Source: an uncultured Clostridia bacterium (lineage in GTDB: Bacteria > Bacillota > Clostridia > TANB77 > CAG-508). From it: 64,000 nt of DNA. The stretch lies in contig CAKOWZ010000004.1 in the NCBI GenBank assembly GCA_934129745.1, positions 10,334 to 74,333 of the forward strand, in the 5' to 3' direction. The notes below the pieces were generated by a model. The model did no database searches. It was not told the DNA's origin and was given only the letters and a program-made list of their open reading frames with translations. Of the stretch, positions 19,628-32,583 are shown piece after piece (positions within the stretch are counted from its first letter, which is position 1; every line of letters starts with the position of its first letter). Made by a program: the position numbers and the translations under genes.

Positions 19628-22411
19628 ATGAGTGATGATAAGAAAAATTGGTATAACAAAACCAAAGAAGAAGTTTTTAAAGAATTTGAAATTTCAGAAG
19701 AAATGGGATTATCAAATAAACAGGTTGAAATTAATCGTCAAAAATATGGATTAAATGAATTACAAGCTCAGAAAAAAAAGAGTTTATTTATTAAATTTTT
19801 GGAACAATTCAAAGATTTTATGATAATAGTATTAATTTTAGCTGCAGTTGTTTCAGGTGTTGTAGGATATATACAAGAAGGAAAAATTACTGATTCAATT
19901 ATAATTTTAATAGTAGTTGTTGTAAATGCAATAATTGGTGTTGCACAAGAAGCTAAAGCTGAAAAATCTTTAGAGGCTTTACAAAAATTAAGTAGTCATT
20001 CAGCTAAAGTTATAAGAAATGGACAAGTTAGTGTTGTTGCTTCAAGAGAATTAGTACCTGGTGATATTGTTGTTTTAGATACAGGAGATTATGTACCAGC
20101 TGATTTAAGAATTATTGAGGCTATTAATTTAAAATCACAAGAATCATCTTTAACAGGTGAATCAGTTCCATCTGAAAAAAATACTGCAACTATTGAAAAT
20201 CCTAAAGTTGGTGTTGGAGATAGAGATAATATGTTATTTTCTTCAAGTTTAATAACATATGGTAGAGGTAAAGGTGTTGTAGTTGAAACTGGTATGAATA
20301 CTGAGGTTGGAAGAATTGCAGGAATTATAAGTAATACTGTTAAATCAGAAACACCATTACAAACAAAATTAAATAAATTAGGAAAAACATTAGGAATAGC
20401 TGCATTGATAATTTGTGTTGTTATTTTTATAATTGGATTATTATATGGAAAACAACCATTAGATATGTTTATGACAGCTGTAAGTTTAGCTGTTGCAGCA
20501 ATTCCAGAAGGTTTGGCAGCTGTTTCTACAATTGTTTTAGCAATTGGTGTTCAAAGAATGGTTAAGAAAAATGCTATTGTAAAAAAACTTCCAGCTGTTG
20601 AAACATTGGGAAGTGCATCTGTTATTTGCTCTGATAAAACAGGAACATTAACACAAAATAAAATGACAGTTGAAAAAATCTTTTTTGATGGAAAATTAGT
20701 TGAAATGAAAGATTTAGTTACTGAATTTGATGCACAAGGAAGTGAACAATCTAACAGTAGAATTACTTCAATTTCAGAATCAATGGATTTAAAAAGATTA
20801 GTACACATAAGCATGTTATGTAATGATACAAAAGTAAGTGCAAGTAATGAATTAACAGGTGATCCTACAGAAACAGCACTTGTAGATATGGGATTTAAAT
20901 TAGATTTCACACCTGAATTATATGTATCATATCCAAGAGTTGAAGAACTTCCATTTGATTCAGAAAGAAAATTAATGACAACAGTTCATCAAGTTGGTGA
21001 TAAATATTTAGTATACACAAAAGGTGGAGTTGATGAATTATTAAAAAGATGTAAATCTTATATAATTGAAGGAAACGAAAAAAATGATTTAGAAGAATTC
21101 AAAAAAGAAATTTTTATGGAAAATGAAAAAATGGCTAAAAATGCATTAAGAATATTGGCAATGGCATATAAAGAATTAGATCATTTACCATCAAAAGAAG
21201 AAATGAAAGAAATTGAATCAAATTTAATTTATGTTGGTATGGTTGGAATGATTGATCCTCCAAGAGAAGAAGTTAAACTTGCTGTTGAAAAATGTAAATC
21301 TGCAGGTATTAAAACTGTAATGATTACAGGTGATCACAAAATTACAGCAACAGCAATAGCAAAAGCTTTAGGAATTATGGAAGATGGAGATGAGGCAATA
21401 ACAGGCAGTGATTTAGAGGAAATGTCTGATGATGAATTAATCAAAAGAGTAAGAAATATTTCTGTTTATGCAAGGGTTTCTCCCGAACATAAAGTTAGAA
21501 TTGTAAAAGCATGGCAAGCAAATGGAGAAATTGTTGCAATGACTGGTGATGGTGTAAATGATGCTCCAGCATTAAAAACAGCTGATATAGGATGTGCCAT
21601 GGGAATAGTTGGTACAGATGTTTCAAAAGAGGCAGCTGATGTTATATTAACAGATGATAATTTTTCAACAATAGTATCAGCAGTTGAAGAAGGAAGACGT
21701 ATTTATGATAATATATTAAAAGCAATTCAATTTCTATTATCAAGTAATGTTGGGGAAATTATACTATTATTTTTAGCAATATTATTAGCTCCAATTTTTG
21801 CAAAACAATCTGGAATTGATATTAAATTAATTGAACCATTATTACCAATCCACATTTTATGGATAAACCTAGTAACAGACTCACTTCCAGCTCTTGCTTT
21901 AGCAGTAGATCCTGCTGAAAAAGATATAATGAATAGAAAACCAGATAAAAAGAAAAAAGGTATATTTACTAAAGGAATGACTTGGAGAATTATATATCAA
22001 GGTTTAATGATGGGATTATTAACACTTACAGCTTTTGTAATAGGACTAAACACAAAAAATATTCCTGTAATAGAAGGAAAAACATCTGAAGAAGTACGTG
22101 TATCAATTGCCCAAACAATGGCATTTATAGTACTTGGATTATCAGAATTAGCACATGTATTTAATATTAGAAATAATAGTAAATCAATATTTAAAACAGG
22201 AATATTAGGAAACATGGCCTTGATTGGTGCTATTGCACTTTCAGCTAGTTTAATGTTTATTGTATTGTTTATTCCTGGATTAAGAAATATTTTTGATATT
22301 GTTATGTTACCAACAGAAAATATTGTTGAAACAGTTTGCTTAGTATTAGCACCTATTGTTATTGTTGAGTTATTTAAATTATTTAGAATTAATACTATTA
22401 AAGGAGAATAA
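19628..22411 (+). CDS. P-type (type IIA, PMR1/SERCA-like) Ca2+/Mn2+-transporting ATPase
   Basis: TGES, CSDKTGTLTQNKM, MITGDHKITA and TGDGVNDAPALK are present, with 10 predicted TM segments. Confidence 0.92.
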   Translation: MSDDKKNWYNKTKEEVFKEFEISEEMGLSNKQVEINRQKYGLNELQAQKKKSLFIKFLEQFKDFMIIVLILAAVVSGVVGYIQEGKITDSIIILIVVVVNAIIGVAQEAKAEKSLEALQKLSSHSAKVIRNGQVSVVASRELVPGDIVVLDTGDYVPADLRIIEAINLKSQESSLTGESVPSEKNTATIENPKVGVGDRDNMLFSSSLITYGRGKGVVVETGMNTEVGRIAGIISNTVKSETPLQTKLNKLGKTLGIAALIICVVIFIIGLLYGKQPLDMFMTAVSLAVAAIPEGLAAVSTIVLAIGVQRMVKKNAIVKKLPAVETLGSASVICSDKTGTLTQNKMTVEKIFFDGKLVEMKDLVTEFDAQGSEQSNSRITSISESMDLKRLVHISMLCNDTKVSASNELTGDPTETALVDMGFKLDFTPELYVSYPRVEELPFDSERKLMTTVHQVGDKYLVYTKGGVDELLKRCKSYIIEGNEKNDLEEFKKEIFMENEKMAKNALRILAMAYKELDHLPSKEEMKEIESNLIYVGMVGMIDPPREEVKLAVEKCKSAGIKTVMITGDHKITATAIAKALGIMEDGDEAITGSDLEEMSDDELIKRVRNISVYARVSPEHKVRIVKAWQANGEIVAMTGDGVNDAPALKTADIGCAMGIVGTDVSKEAADVILTDDNFSTIVSAVEEGRRIYDNILKAIQFLLSSNVGEIILLFLAILLAPIFAKQSGIDIKLIEPLLPIHILWINLVTDSLPALALAVDPAEKDIMNRKPDKKKKGIFTKGMTWRIIYQGLMMGLLTLTAFVIGLNTKNIPVIEGKTSEEVRVSIAQTMAFIVLGLSELAHVFNIRNNSKSIFKTGILGNMALIGAIALSASLMFIVLFIPGLRNIFDIVMLPTENIVETVCLVLAPIVIVELFKLFRINTIKGE

Positions 22412-22417
22412 ACCGTA

Positions 22418-22473
22418 CAATTGGGGACGCATCAAAATTGCTCATTTGAGAAGTTTGGACGCGTCCCTAATTG
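22418..22473. repeat. palindromic repeat element, two-unit copy
   Basis: caattggggacgcatc ... ggacgcgtccctaattg, 4 nt after the ATPase stop. The spacer (attgctcatttga) is related to the copy at 5112. Confidence 0.8.
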
Positions 22474-22536
22474 TACGTATTGCAAAAAGAACATTTATTT
22501 GCTATAATAAATGTAGTTTATTGAAAAATGTAAGGA

Positions 22537-24048
22537 GTGATTGCAGTGGAAAAAACATATATGTGTATTGACTTGAAGAGTTTTTATGCTTCTGTTGAAT
22601 GTAGAGAGCTTGGATTAGATCCAATGAAAACAAATTTAGTTGTTGCAGATGCTGAGCGTACTGAGAAAACAATATGTTTGGCTGTTAGTCCTTCTTTAAA
22701 ATCTTATGGAATCCCAGGAAGGGCAAGGCTTTTTGAAGTTATACAAAAAGTGAAGGGGGTAAATTATGCAAGGAGGAAAAATGCTCCAAATCATGAGTTT
22801 AGTGGAAAATCTTATGATGATTTAGAATTAAAAAAAGATAAATCACTTGAACTTGATTATATTGCAGCTAAGCCACGAATGGGATTATATATGAAATATA
22901 GTACTAAAATATATAGTATATATTTAAAATACATTTCTGCAGATGATATGTTTGCATATTCAATTGATGAGGTATTTTTTGATGTGACAAATTATTTAAA
23001 ATATTATAAAATGACTGCAAAACAATTAGCTACTAAAATGATAAGAGAAGTTTTTGAAACAACTGGAATTACTGCAACAGCTGGAATTGGTACAAATTTA
23101 TATTTGACAAAAATTGCAATGGATATATGGGCTAAACATGTTGAACCAAATGAAAATGGTGTACGTATTGCAGAATTAAATGAAATGAGTTATAGAAAAT
23201 TATTATGGAACCATAGACCACTAACAGATTTTTGGAGAGTTGGTCAAGGATATTCAAAAAAATTGGAAAAGCATGGGATGTATACAATGGGAGATATTGC
23301 AAGATGTTCTGTTGGAAGTAAAGATAATTTTTATAATGAAGATTTGTTATATAAATTATTTGGAATAAATGCAGAATTATTGATAGACCATGCTTGGGGT
23401 TGGGAACCTTGTACATTAAAAGATGTAAAAAATTATAAACCAAGTAAAAACAGTATAAGTTCAGGGCAAGTTTTACATTGTCCATATGATTATCAAAAAA
23501 CTAAATTAATTGTCCAGGAAATGACTGATTTATTAGTATTAGATTTAGTAAATAAAAATTTAGTAACAGACCAAATTGTACTTACAATTGGATATGATGT
23601 ATCAAATCTTACTAATAAAGATATCAAATATGATGGTGAAATAACCATAGACAGATATGGTAGAAATATTCCTAAACATGCACATGGAACATTTAATTTA
23701 GAACATAAAACATCATCAACAAGAATTATAATGAATGGTGTAGAACAATTATATGAAAAAATTATTAATAAAAATTTATTAGTAAGAAGAATAAATGTAG
23801 TGGCAATGAATGTTGTTAATGAAAAAGAAGCGGAAAAAGAAAAAACATATAAACAATTAGATTTATTTACTTGTGTTGATGATATAAATAAAAAAGAAGA
23901 AAAAGAAAATAAGGAAAATAAACTTCAACATGCTATGATAGATATAAAAAATAAATATGGAAAAAATGCAATTTTACGTGGTATGAATTTTATTGAAGGT
24001 GGTACTACAATTGAAAGGAATGGTCAAATTGGAGGACATAAAGAATAA
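22537..24048 (+). CDS. Y-family (translesion) DNA polymerase, UmuC/ImpB-like
   Basis: The N-terminus (CIDLKSFYASVECRELGLDP, AYSIDEVFFD) carries the catalytic acidic residues, and a little-finger region follows. The start is uncertain (GTG 22546 or ATG 22561). Confidence 0.85.
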   Translation: MIAVEKTYMCIDLKSFYASVECRELGLDPMKTNLVVADAERTEKTICLAVSPSLKSYGIPGRARLFEVIQKVKGVNYARRKNAPNHEFSGKSYDDLELKKDKSLELDYIAAKPRMGLYMKYSTKIYSIYLKYISADDMFAYSIDEVFFDVTNYLKYYKMTAKQLATKMIREVFETTGITATAGIGTNLYLTKIAMDIWAKHVEPNENGVRIAELNEMSYRKLLWNHRPLTDFWRVGQGYSKKLEKHGMYTMGDIARCSVGSKDNFYNEDLLYKLFGINAELLIDHAWGWEPCTLKDVKNYKPSKNSISSGQVLHCPYDYQKTKLIVQEMTDLLVLDLVNKNLVTDQIVLTIGYDVSNLTNKDIKYDGEITIDRYGRNIPKHAHGTFNLEHKTSSTRIIMNGVEQLYEKIINKNLLVRRINVVAMNVVNEKEAEKEKTYKQLDLFTCVDDINKKEEKENKENKLQHAMIDIKNKYGKNAILRGMNFIEGGTTIERNGQIGGHKE

Positions 24049-24102
24049 AGAAAATAAAAATACAAAAGAAAATTTACAAAAATATTCAGATATAATTAAT
24101 AT

Positions 24103-24265
24103 GAAACATCATGTTTCAAATAAACATCCTCAAATGTCAATAACAGATAGAGCAGCACAATTTGCACCTTTTGCTGCATTAACTGGATATGGAGAAGAGG
24201 TAAAAAAATGTGAGGAAAATATACAAATTGATTATGAAGACCTTGCCAAAGAAACCATATTATAG
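24103..24265 (+). CDS. small protein coupled to the Y-family polymerase (possibly YolD-like accessory factor)
   Basis: An ORF (23993-24265) overlaps the polymerase 3' end and includes a DRAAQFAPFAALTGY motif. The start choice is tentative, and the family assignment is from memory only. Confidence 0.35.
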
Positions 24266-24308
24266 TATAATTTCAATATACAAAATACAATAAAACGGAG
24301 GACAAAAA

Positions 24309-25214
24309 ATGGGATTTTTTGACAAATTAAAAAATGGTCTTAATAAGACAAAAACATCAATAAACGAAAAGATAAATAATGTATTTAGTACATTCAGAAA
24401 AGTTGATGAAGAACTATTAGAAGAACTAGAAGAAGCATTAATAATGTCAGATGTGGGAATGGAAACATCTGAAAAAATAATTTCAGAATTAAGAACAAAA
24501 ATAAAAAAAGAAAAAATTGAAGATGGTGAACAAGTAAAAATAGCATTAAAACAAATAATAAAAGAAATATTAGATTCAGTAGATTCATCTTTAAATTTAA
24601 ATACAACACCTTCAGTAATTTTAGTTGTTGGTGTAAATGGTGTAGGAAAAACAACATCAATTGGAAAAATAGCAAATAGATTAAAAAAAGATGGAAAAAA
24701 AGTTGTTATTGCAGCAGCAGATACATTTAGAGCAGCAGCTGTTGAACAATTAGAAATATGGGCTGATAGAGCTGGATGTGAAATTGTAAAAAGAAAAGAA
24801 GGATCAGATCCTGCATCTGTTGTTTATGATGCAATTAAAATTACAAAAGAAAAAAATGCAGATGTTTTAATATGTGATACAGCAGGAAGATTACATAACA
24901 AAAAATATTTAATGGATGAATTAATTAAAATAAAAAGAGTTATTGATAGAGAATTACCAGATTGTTCACAAGAAGTATTAATGGTATTAGATGCAACAAC
25001 TGGTCAAAATGCAATTTTACAAGTTAAAGCATTTAAAGAAACTGTTGATATTAATGGATTAATTTTAACAAAACTTGATGGAACAGCTAAAGGTGGAGCT
25101 GTTATAGGAATAGTTTCTGAAAATAACATGCCTATTAAATTTATAGGTGTTGGTGAACAAATTGATGATATGGAAAAATTTAATAGCCAAGATTTTGTTG
25201 AGGCTTTGATTTAA
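24309..25214 (+). CDS. ftsY: signal recognition particle receptor FtsY
   Basis: NG domain motifs GVNGVGKTT, DTAGRLHNK and TKLDGTAKGG. Confidence 0.95.
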   Translation: MGFFDKLKNGLNKTKTSINEKINNVFSTFRKVDEELLEELEEALIMSDVGMETSEKIISELRTKIKKEKIEDGEQVKIALKQIIKEILDSVDSSLNLNTTPSVILVVGVNGVGKTTSIGKIANRLKKDGKKVVIAAADTFRAAAVEQLEIWADRAGCEIVKRKEGSDPASVVYDAIKITKEKNADVLICDTAGRLHNKKYLMDELIKIKRVIDRELPDCSQEVLMVLDATTGQNAILQVKAFKETVDINGLILTKLDGTAKGGAVIGIVSENNMPIKFIGVGEQIDDMEKFNSQDFVEALI

Positions 25215-25227
25215 TATTGAAAGGTTA

Positions 25228-28026
25228 GTGATTGAAAAAATGAAAAAAAGTAAGAAAAGAATATTTATAGTTTTACTATTTGTAGCAATAATAGCAATAG
25301 CATTAACCATAATGTTCAGAAGTGCTTATTTAGAAAAACTAGAAATTGGTGAACAATATATTTCTGTTTTTTGGACTAATTTTCAATATAAAACTATTTC
25401 ATTAGTAACAACATTTGTATTAATATTTGCAGCAATTTATAGTACAAATAAAAGAATATATTCAGGATTAAAAGATTTTTATGAAGATGAAAAAAAAGAA
25501 ATGCCAAAATTACCAAATAAATCAATTTCACTGATAATTGCAACATTGGTAAGTATGGCAACAAGTGAATTAACATTAAAAAAATTATTATTATTTATTA
25601 ATAGTACATCATTTGAAATTAATGATCCGATTTTTAATCATGATATTGGATATTACTTATTTCAAAAACCATTTTTAGAATATATTTTATGGTTTGGAAT
25701 AATAACTATTGTAGCAATAACAATATATGCAGGAATTTATTATATAGTAGCCTTAAATACCCAATTTGATGGTGTTAGAAGTGAAACATTAAAAAATAGT
25801 AAAATAGTAAAACAACTTTTAAATAATTGTAAGGTATTATCAATTTTAGTTGCTATATTAACTTTTCTAAAAACACAAGATTTAAGCTCAAGCAAATTTT
25901 TGACAATTGGTGATAAAACCTCATATTCTTTATATGGAGCAGGTTTAGCAGATGTAAGTATAAAATTATGGGGATATAGATTACTTGCAATTATTATTGT
26001 AGTATCTGTATTTTTGGCAGTTTCATCATATAATAAGGGGAAAACTAAAAAAGTAATAGCATCAATTTTAACTGTTCCAATTTATTTGTGTTTATTAGTA
26101 TTTACTTTAATTGGATATAATGCTATTTTTATAAATTCTAATGAATTAGATAAACAAAAAAATTACATAAATTATAATATTGAAAATACACGTTCAGCTT
26201 ATAATATATCAATTGATGAATTATCAGTCCAAAATGATGGAGCATTAGAAAATGATGATATTGTAAAAAATGCTGATTTATTAGGAAATATATCAATTGT
26301 TAACAAAGATTTAGTATTACAAAATTTAAATGGAACATTAACAAATAAAGGATATTATAATTATAGTACAAGCCAAATTTCTCAATATAAAATAGGTGAT
26401 AAAAATATGACAGTATATTTGTCACCAAGAGAAGTTGTAAATAAAGATAATTCATATATAAATTCAACATATCAATATACACATGGATATGGTGTAATTG
26501 CAACATCTGCTTCATCAACAAATTCAATAGGTAATTTAGAAAATTATCAAAAAGGATTTAAAGATACAGATTTAGAAATTAGTGAACCAAGAATTTATTT
26601 TGGTAAAGAAACTAATGGAACAATTGTAACAAATAGTGAAGGAAAAGTAGAATTTGATTATCCTATTTCAGAAGGAAAAAGTGAAACAAATAAATATGAT
26701 GGAAAAGCTGGGCTAAAACTTGGTTTTATTGATAGAATGATAATTTCAATTTCACAAGGAGACACAAAACTTGCATTTTCATCAAATGTAACATCAGAAA
26801 GTAAAATATTATTAAATAGAAATATCATAAAAAGAGCAAAAAATATAATGCCATATTTAATTTATGATGAAAATCCTTATTTAGTAATAACAAATGATGG
26901 GAAATTAGTATGGGTATTAGATGGATATACAACATCAAATTATTATCCATATTCTCAAAAAACAAATATTGATGGAAAAGAAATAAATTATATTAGAAAT
27001 TCAGTAAAAGTGCTTATTGATGCATATGATGGAACAACAAAATTCTATATAACAGATAGAACAGACCCTATAATAATGGCATATAGAAAAGCTTATAAAA
27101 ATTTATTTGAAGATTTAGATGAACAAATTCCAGAAGATATTATGAATCATTTGGTATATCCAGAATATTTATATAATATTCAAGCAAATATTTTAAAAAG
27201 ATATCATAGTATACAACCTGATGTTTTATACAGGACAGATGATGTTTGGGATATTTCTACATATAGTGTATCAGGTTCTTCAAATAGTAGTATTTCACCT
27301 GTTCAAAGCTATTATACAATGGTAAAAACAGTTGATAATAATGAAAATACTTTAGGTTTGGTTATACCATATACTGTGTTTGGAAAACAAAATATTACTT
27401 CATATTTAGTTGGAACTTATGAAAATGGAAGTCCAAATTTAAAATTATATACATTTCCTGATGATAGTAATGTAATAGGTTTAATACAACTTGATACTCA
27501 AATAGAGCAAAATGAGGAAATATATAAACAAATAGAAAACTTGAATGTATCAGGAACAAAATTAACTAAAAATATTGTTGTAGTTCCTATAGATAATAAA
27601 TTATTATATGTAGAAGCTATTTATCAGCAATATATTAATGAAGAAACAGCATTACCAACACTTAAGAAAATTGTTGTTGCTTCAGGAAATAAAGTTGCAA
27701 TTGGAGATGACTTAAAATCAGCTCTTACTAACTTAGTATCTCAAAATGCAATTGGTATTGAAACATCAAGCACTGATGATATTCAAGGTTTAATTGAACT
27801 TATAATAAAAGCAAACAAAAACCTTGAACAATCTACTGAAAATGGTGATTGGGAAATGGTTGGAAAAGATATGGAAAGATTGCAAAAATTAATTACTCAA
27901 CTTGAAAAAGTTTATGATGAAGAAAAAGCTAATAAAGACAATAATTCATCATCATCTAACAATAATGAAAATAAAAATTCAGATAAAGATACTAATGAAC
28001 AAGAAGAAAGGAATAAAACAATATGA
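25228..28026 (+). CDS. UPF0182 family large membrane protein
   Basis: 932 aa. About 7 N-terminal TM helices are followed by a large soluble domain (YLFQKPFLEYILW, YPYSQ, YHSIQPDVLY), the architecture typical of UPF0182. The C-terminus is N/S/K-rich. Confidence 0.8.
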   Translation: MIEKMKKSKKRIFIVLLFVAIIAIALTIMFRSAYLEKLEIGEQYISVFWTNFQYKTISLVTTFVLIFAAIYSTNKRIYSGLKDFYEDEKKEMPKLPNKSISLIIATLVSMATSELTLKKLLLFINSTSFEINDPIFNHDIGYYLFQKPFLEYILWFGIITIVAITIYAGIYYIVALNTQFDGVRSETLKNSKIVKQLLNNCKVLSILVAILTFLKTQDLSSSKFLTIGDKTSYSLYGAGLADVSIKLWGYRLLAIIIVVSVFLAVSSYNKGKTKKVIASILTVPIYLCLLVFTLIGYNAIFINSNELDKQKNYINYNIENTRSAYNISIDELSVQNDGALENDDIVKNADLLGNISIVNKDLVLQNLNGTLTNKGYYNYSTSQISQYKIGDKNMTVYLSPREVVNKDNSYINSTYQYTHGYGVIATSASSTNSIGNLENYQKGFKDTDLEISEPRIYFGKETNGTIVTNSEGKVEFDYPISEGKSETNKYDGKAGLKLGFIDRMIISISQGDTKLAFSSNVTSESKILLNRNIIKRAKNIMPYLIYDENPYLVITNDGKLVWVLDGYTTSNYYPYSQKTNIDGKEINYIRNSVKVLIDAYDGTTKFYITDRTDPIIMAYRKAYKNLFEDLDEQIPEDIMNHLVYPEYLYNIQANILKRYHSIQPDVLYRTDDVWDISTYSVSGSSNSSISPVQSYYTMVKTVDNNENTLGLVIPYTVFGKQNITSYLVGTYENGSPNLKLYTFPDDSNVIGLIQLDTQIEQNEEIYKQIENLNVSGTKLTKNIVVVPIDNKLLYVEAIYQQYINEETALPTLKKIVVASGNKVAIGDDLKSALTNLVSQNAIGIETSSTDDIQGLIELIIKANKNLEQSTENGDWEMVGKDMERLQKLITQLEKVYDEEKANKDNNSSSSNNNENKNSDKDTNEQEERNKTI

Positions 28027-28616
28027 CTTTACCAAATAAATTAACAATTTTTAGAATAATTTTAGTTCCAATAATGGTAATAATACCATTTTTACCATTA
28101 GAAGGAGAATTATTTAATATACCAATAACATGGTTATTAGTTGAATTAATATTTATAATTGCATCAATTACAGATAAATTAGATGGATATTTAGCTCGTT
28201 CAAGAAATCAAGTAACTACATTTGGAAAATTTTTAGATCCAATAGCTGATAAAATATTGGTTTTGTCAGCTATGATAATGTTAGTTGAAAATTCAAGATT
28301 ACCAGCTTGGATTCCAATTATAGTTCTATTTAGAGAATTTTTGGTTTCAGGTTACAGATTAGTTGCTGTTCAAAAATCTGGAAATGTTATTGCTGCATCA
28401 ATTTGGGGTAAACTAAAAACAGTTACTCAAATGATAGGTATAATAATAGCATTAATTGATATGAATAGTTTTGGAACATGTATTTTTGGAAACTTATCTG
28501 GTTGGAGTTTAGCAATTAATATTATGAGTACATTAATATTATCAATATCTGTAATTGCTACAATTGTTTCTGGAATTGATTATATGAAAAATGGAAAAGA
28601 TTTGTTAAAAGACTAA
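28023..28616 (+). CDS. pgsA: CDP-diacylglycerol--glycerol-3-phosphate 3-phosphatidyltransferase
   Basis: CDP-alcohol phosphatidyltransferase motif DKLDGYLARxxxxxTxFGKFLDPIADK. There is a 4-nt overlap with the upstream gene. Confidence 0.9.
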   Translation: MTLPNKLTIFRIILVPIMVIIPFLPLEGELFNIPITWLLVELIFIIASITDKLDGYLARSRNQVTTFGKFLDPIADKILVLSAMIMLVENSRLPAWIPIIVLFREFLVSGYRLVAVQKSGNVIAASIWGKLKTVTQMIGIIIALIDMNSFGTCIFGNLSGWSLAINIMSTLILSISVIATIVSGIDYMKNGKDLLKD

Positions 28617-28656
28617 TTTTAAACAAAAGAATTTAATCTTTTCGAAAGGAATGTAA

Positions 28657-30660
<2,004 letters not shown>

Positions 30661-30709
30661 AAAGAAAAAGGGAAGGAGTGTGTAATTTTTGTAAATTACA
30701 CAAAATATT

Positions 30710-30949
30710 ATGGATGGTAAATATACATTTAAGGAATTTGAAAAAAATTTAGATGATGGATATCAAATGTATTTTACATATGTTAGAAACAGATATTTAT
30801 TATTTAAAACAGCAGAAAATTGTTATACACAAAAATTGCTAGATGCAGATGAAAAAAATCCACAACCAAGACATGCAATTATTACACATAGAAGAGTTAA
30901 AGAAATGTTCCCTTTTATGGAAAATATTGAATATAAGGTAGGAATTTAA
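30710..30949 (+). CDS. hypothetical small protein
   Basis: 79-aa ORF with native composition, packed between ligA and the next gene. No family recognised. Confidence 0.5.
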   Translation: MDGKYTFKEFEKNLDDGYQMYFTYVRNRYLLFKTAENCYTQKLLDADEKNPQPRHAIITHRRVKEMFPFMENIEYKVGI

Positions 30950-30952
30950 CAA

Positions 30953-31894
30953 ATGATTTTATATAATGTAGAAATTTATTTTATGATGTTTATGATTTAT
31001 GCAGTTGCAGGCTGGATTATGGAATGTACATTAGGTGTTATTCAAAAACACAAATTTGTAAACAGGGGATTTTTAATTGGCCCATATTGTCCTATATATG
31101 GTGTTGGTGTTGTAAGTGTTTCACTACTTTTAACACGTTTTTCTAAAAATTATATTTTATTATTTTTCTTAGCATGTTTAGTATGTGGAGTACTTGAATA
31201 TTTAACGAGCTATTTTATGGAGAAAATTTTTAAAGCAAGATGGTGGGATTATACAAGAAGGAAATTTAATATAAATGGTAGAGTATGTCTTGAAACATTA
31301 ATACCATTTGGAATTATAAGTGTAATTGTCATAAGTTTTGTTAATCCTTGGTTATTAGACAAGCTATATATGATACCACATAATGTTTTAACAATAATAG
31401 TTTGTTCTTTTTTGGTAATTTATTTGATAGATACATTTGTGTCATTTAATATTATTTTGAAATTTAAAAATCTAAGTAAACAAGAAAAAGACAATACAGA
31501 AGAAATCACTAAAAAGGTAAGAGAAACAGCAGAAGCTGCTATAGAAAAATTAAAAATCGAAAAAGAAAATTTGATAAGCAAAATAGATATAAAGAATTTT
31601 TCTTTATCACCTATTATGTATTACACAAGAAAAAAATATACTCGTAATATAAAGAAAAATCCAACAACATTAATTAACACACTAAAATTACGTATCCAAA
31701 GTATTGATGACAAAATGAAAGATATAGGAAAAGATTTATCTGAAAAAATTGCTAGTATTAAAGAAAATCAACCTAAAATATTTAATAAGGAAATCAAAGA
31801 AAAATTTGGAAAACAATCAAAATTAAATAAAAGGTTAATTAGTGCATTTCCTAATGTAGAGCAAAAAGATTATACTAGAAAGAAAAATAGATAA
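30953..31894 (+). CDS. membrane protein of the putative ABC-transporter type IV (DUF1113/CmpB-like) family with a coiled-coil C-terminal extension
   Basis: The N-terminal motif (YAVAGWIMECTLG...NRGFLIGPYCPIYGVG) and WWDY are characteristic of that family. The assignment is from memory. Confidence 0.55.
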   Translation: MILYNVEIYFMMFMIYAVAGWIMECTLGVIQKHKFVNRGFLIGPYCPIYGVGVVSVSLLLTRFSKNYILLFFLACLVCGVLEYLTSYFMEKIFKARWWDYTRRKFNINGRVCLETLIPFGIISVIVISFVNPWLLDKLYMIPHNVLTIIVCSFLVIYLIDTFVSFNIILKFKNLSKQEKDNTEEITKKVRETAEAAIEKLKIEKENLISKIDIKNFSLSPIMYYTRKKYTRNIKKNPTTLINTLKLRIQSIDDKMKDIGKDLSEKIASIKENQPKIFNKEIKEKFGKQSKLNKRLISAFPNVEQKDYTRKKNR

Positions 31895-31956
31895 ATATAT
31901 TAAAATGTTTAAGTAAAACTAAATTTTATTAATTAATAAGAATCGAGGTCTTAAAA

Positions 31957-32487
31957 ATGGAAATACAGGAATTAAAAAAAGATTCTGCAAATAAAGAATT
32001 ATTTGAAAAAGCATTACAAGAATCAGGGCTATATTTAGAATGGGCAAGTCCTGAAATTCAAGATGATAAAAATTTAGTAATGATGGCAGTTAAACAAAAT
32101 CCAGGTGCATTAGAATTTGCAAGTAATAGATTAAAAGATGATAAAGATATTTTATTAGAATCTGTTGAAAATGTTGGTTGGGTTATGTGTTATGCAAGTG
32201 ATAAATTAAGAGCAGATAAAGATATTGTTCTTAAAGCTGTAAAAAATGATGGTCAAGCTTTATATTATGCTTCTAAAGAATTACGTGATGATAAAGATGT
32301 TGTATTAGAGGCTGTTAAAAATAAGGGAATTATTGTTAAATATGCAAGTTTGCGTATAAGATCTGATATTGATGTTGCTATTGCTGCATTAACTCAGAAT
32401 GCAAAGACTATGTCATATGTTAAAGGATGTTTAAATCCCGAAATACTTCAAAATGAAGAGATTCAAAAGGTCCTAAATCAAGAATAA
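31957..32487 (+). CDS. DUF4116 repeat protein
   Basis: Five to six tandem repeats of about 30 aa of the form DKDIVLEAVKNDGQALYYAS. Confidence 0.75.
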   Translation: MEIQELKKDSANKELFEKALQESGLYLEWASPEIQDDKNLVMMAVKQNPGALEFASNRLKDDKDILLESVENVGWVMCYASDKLRADKDIVLKAVKNDGQALYYASKELRDDKDVVLEAVKNKGIIVKYASLRIRSDIDVAIAALTQNAKTMSYVKGCLNPEILQNEEIQKVLNQE

Positions 32488-32489
32488 TT

Positions 32490-32583
32490 GAATATTCGGG
32501 AACATGGCAAATTTGCATGACTCCAATCATCCCAGGTTATTTTTTGAAACTGAAACTAATTTGCCATATGTTCCCAATATTTC
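32490..32583. terminator. long imperfect inverted repeat between convergent genes (bidirectional terminator candidate)
   Basis: gaatattcgggaacatggcaaatt ... aatttgccatatgttcccaatattc, with an internal T-run. The right arm reaches the rqcH stop. Confidence 0.4.
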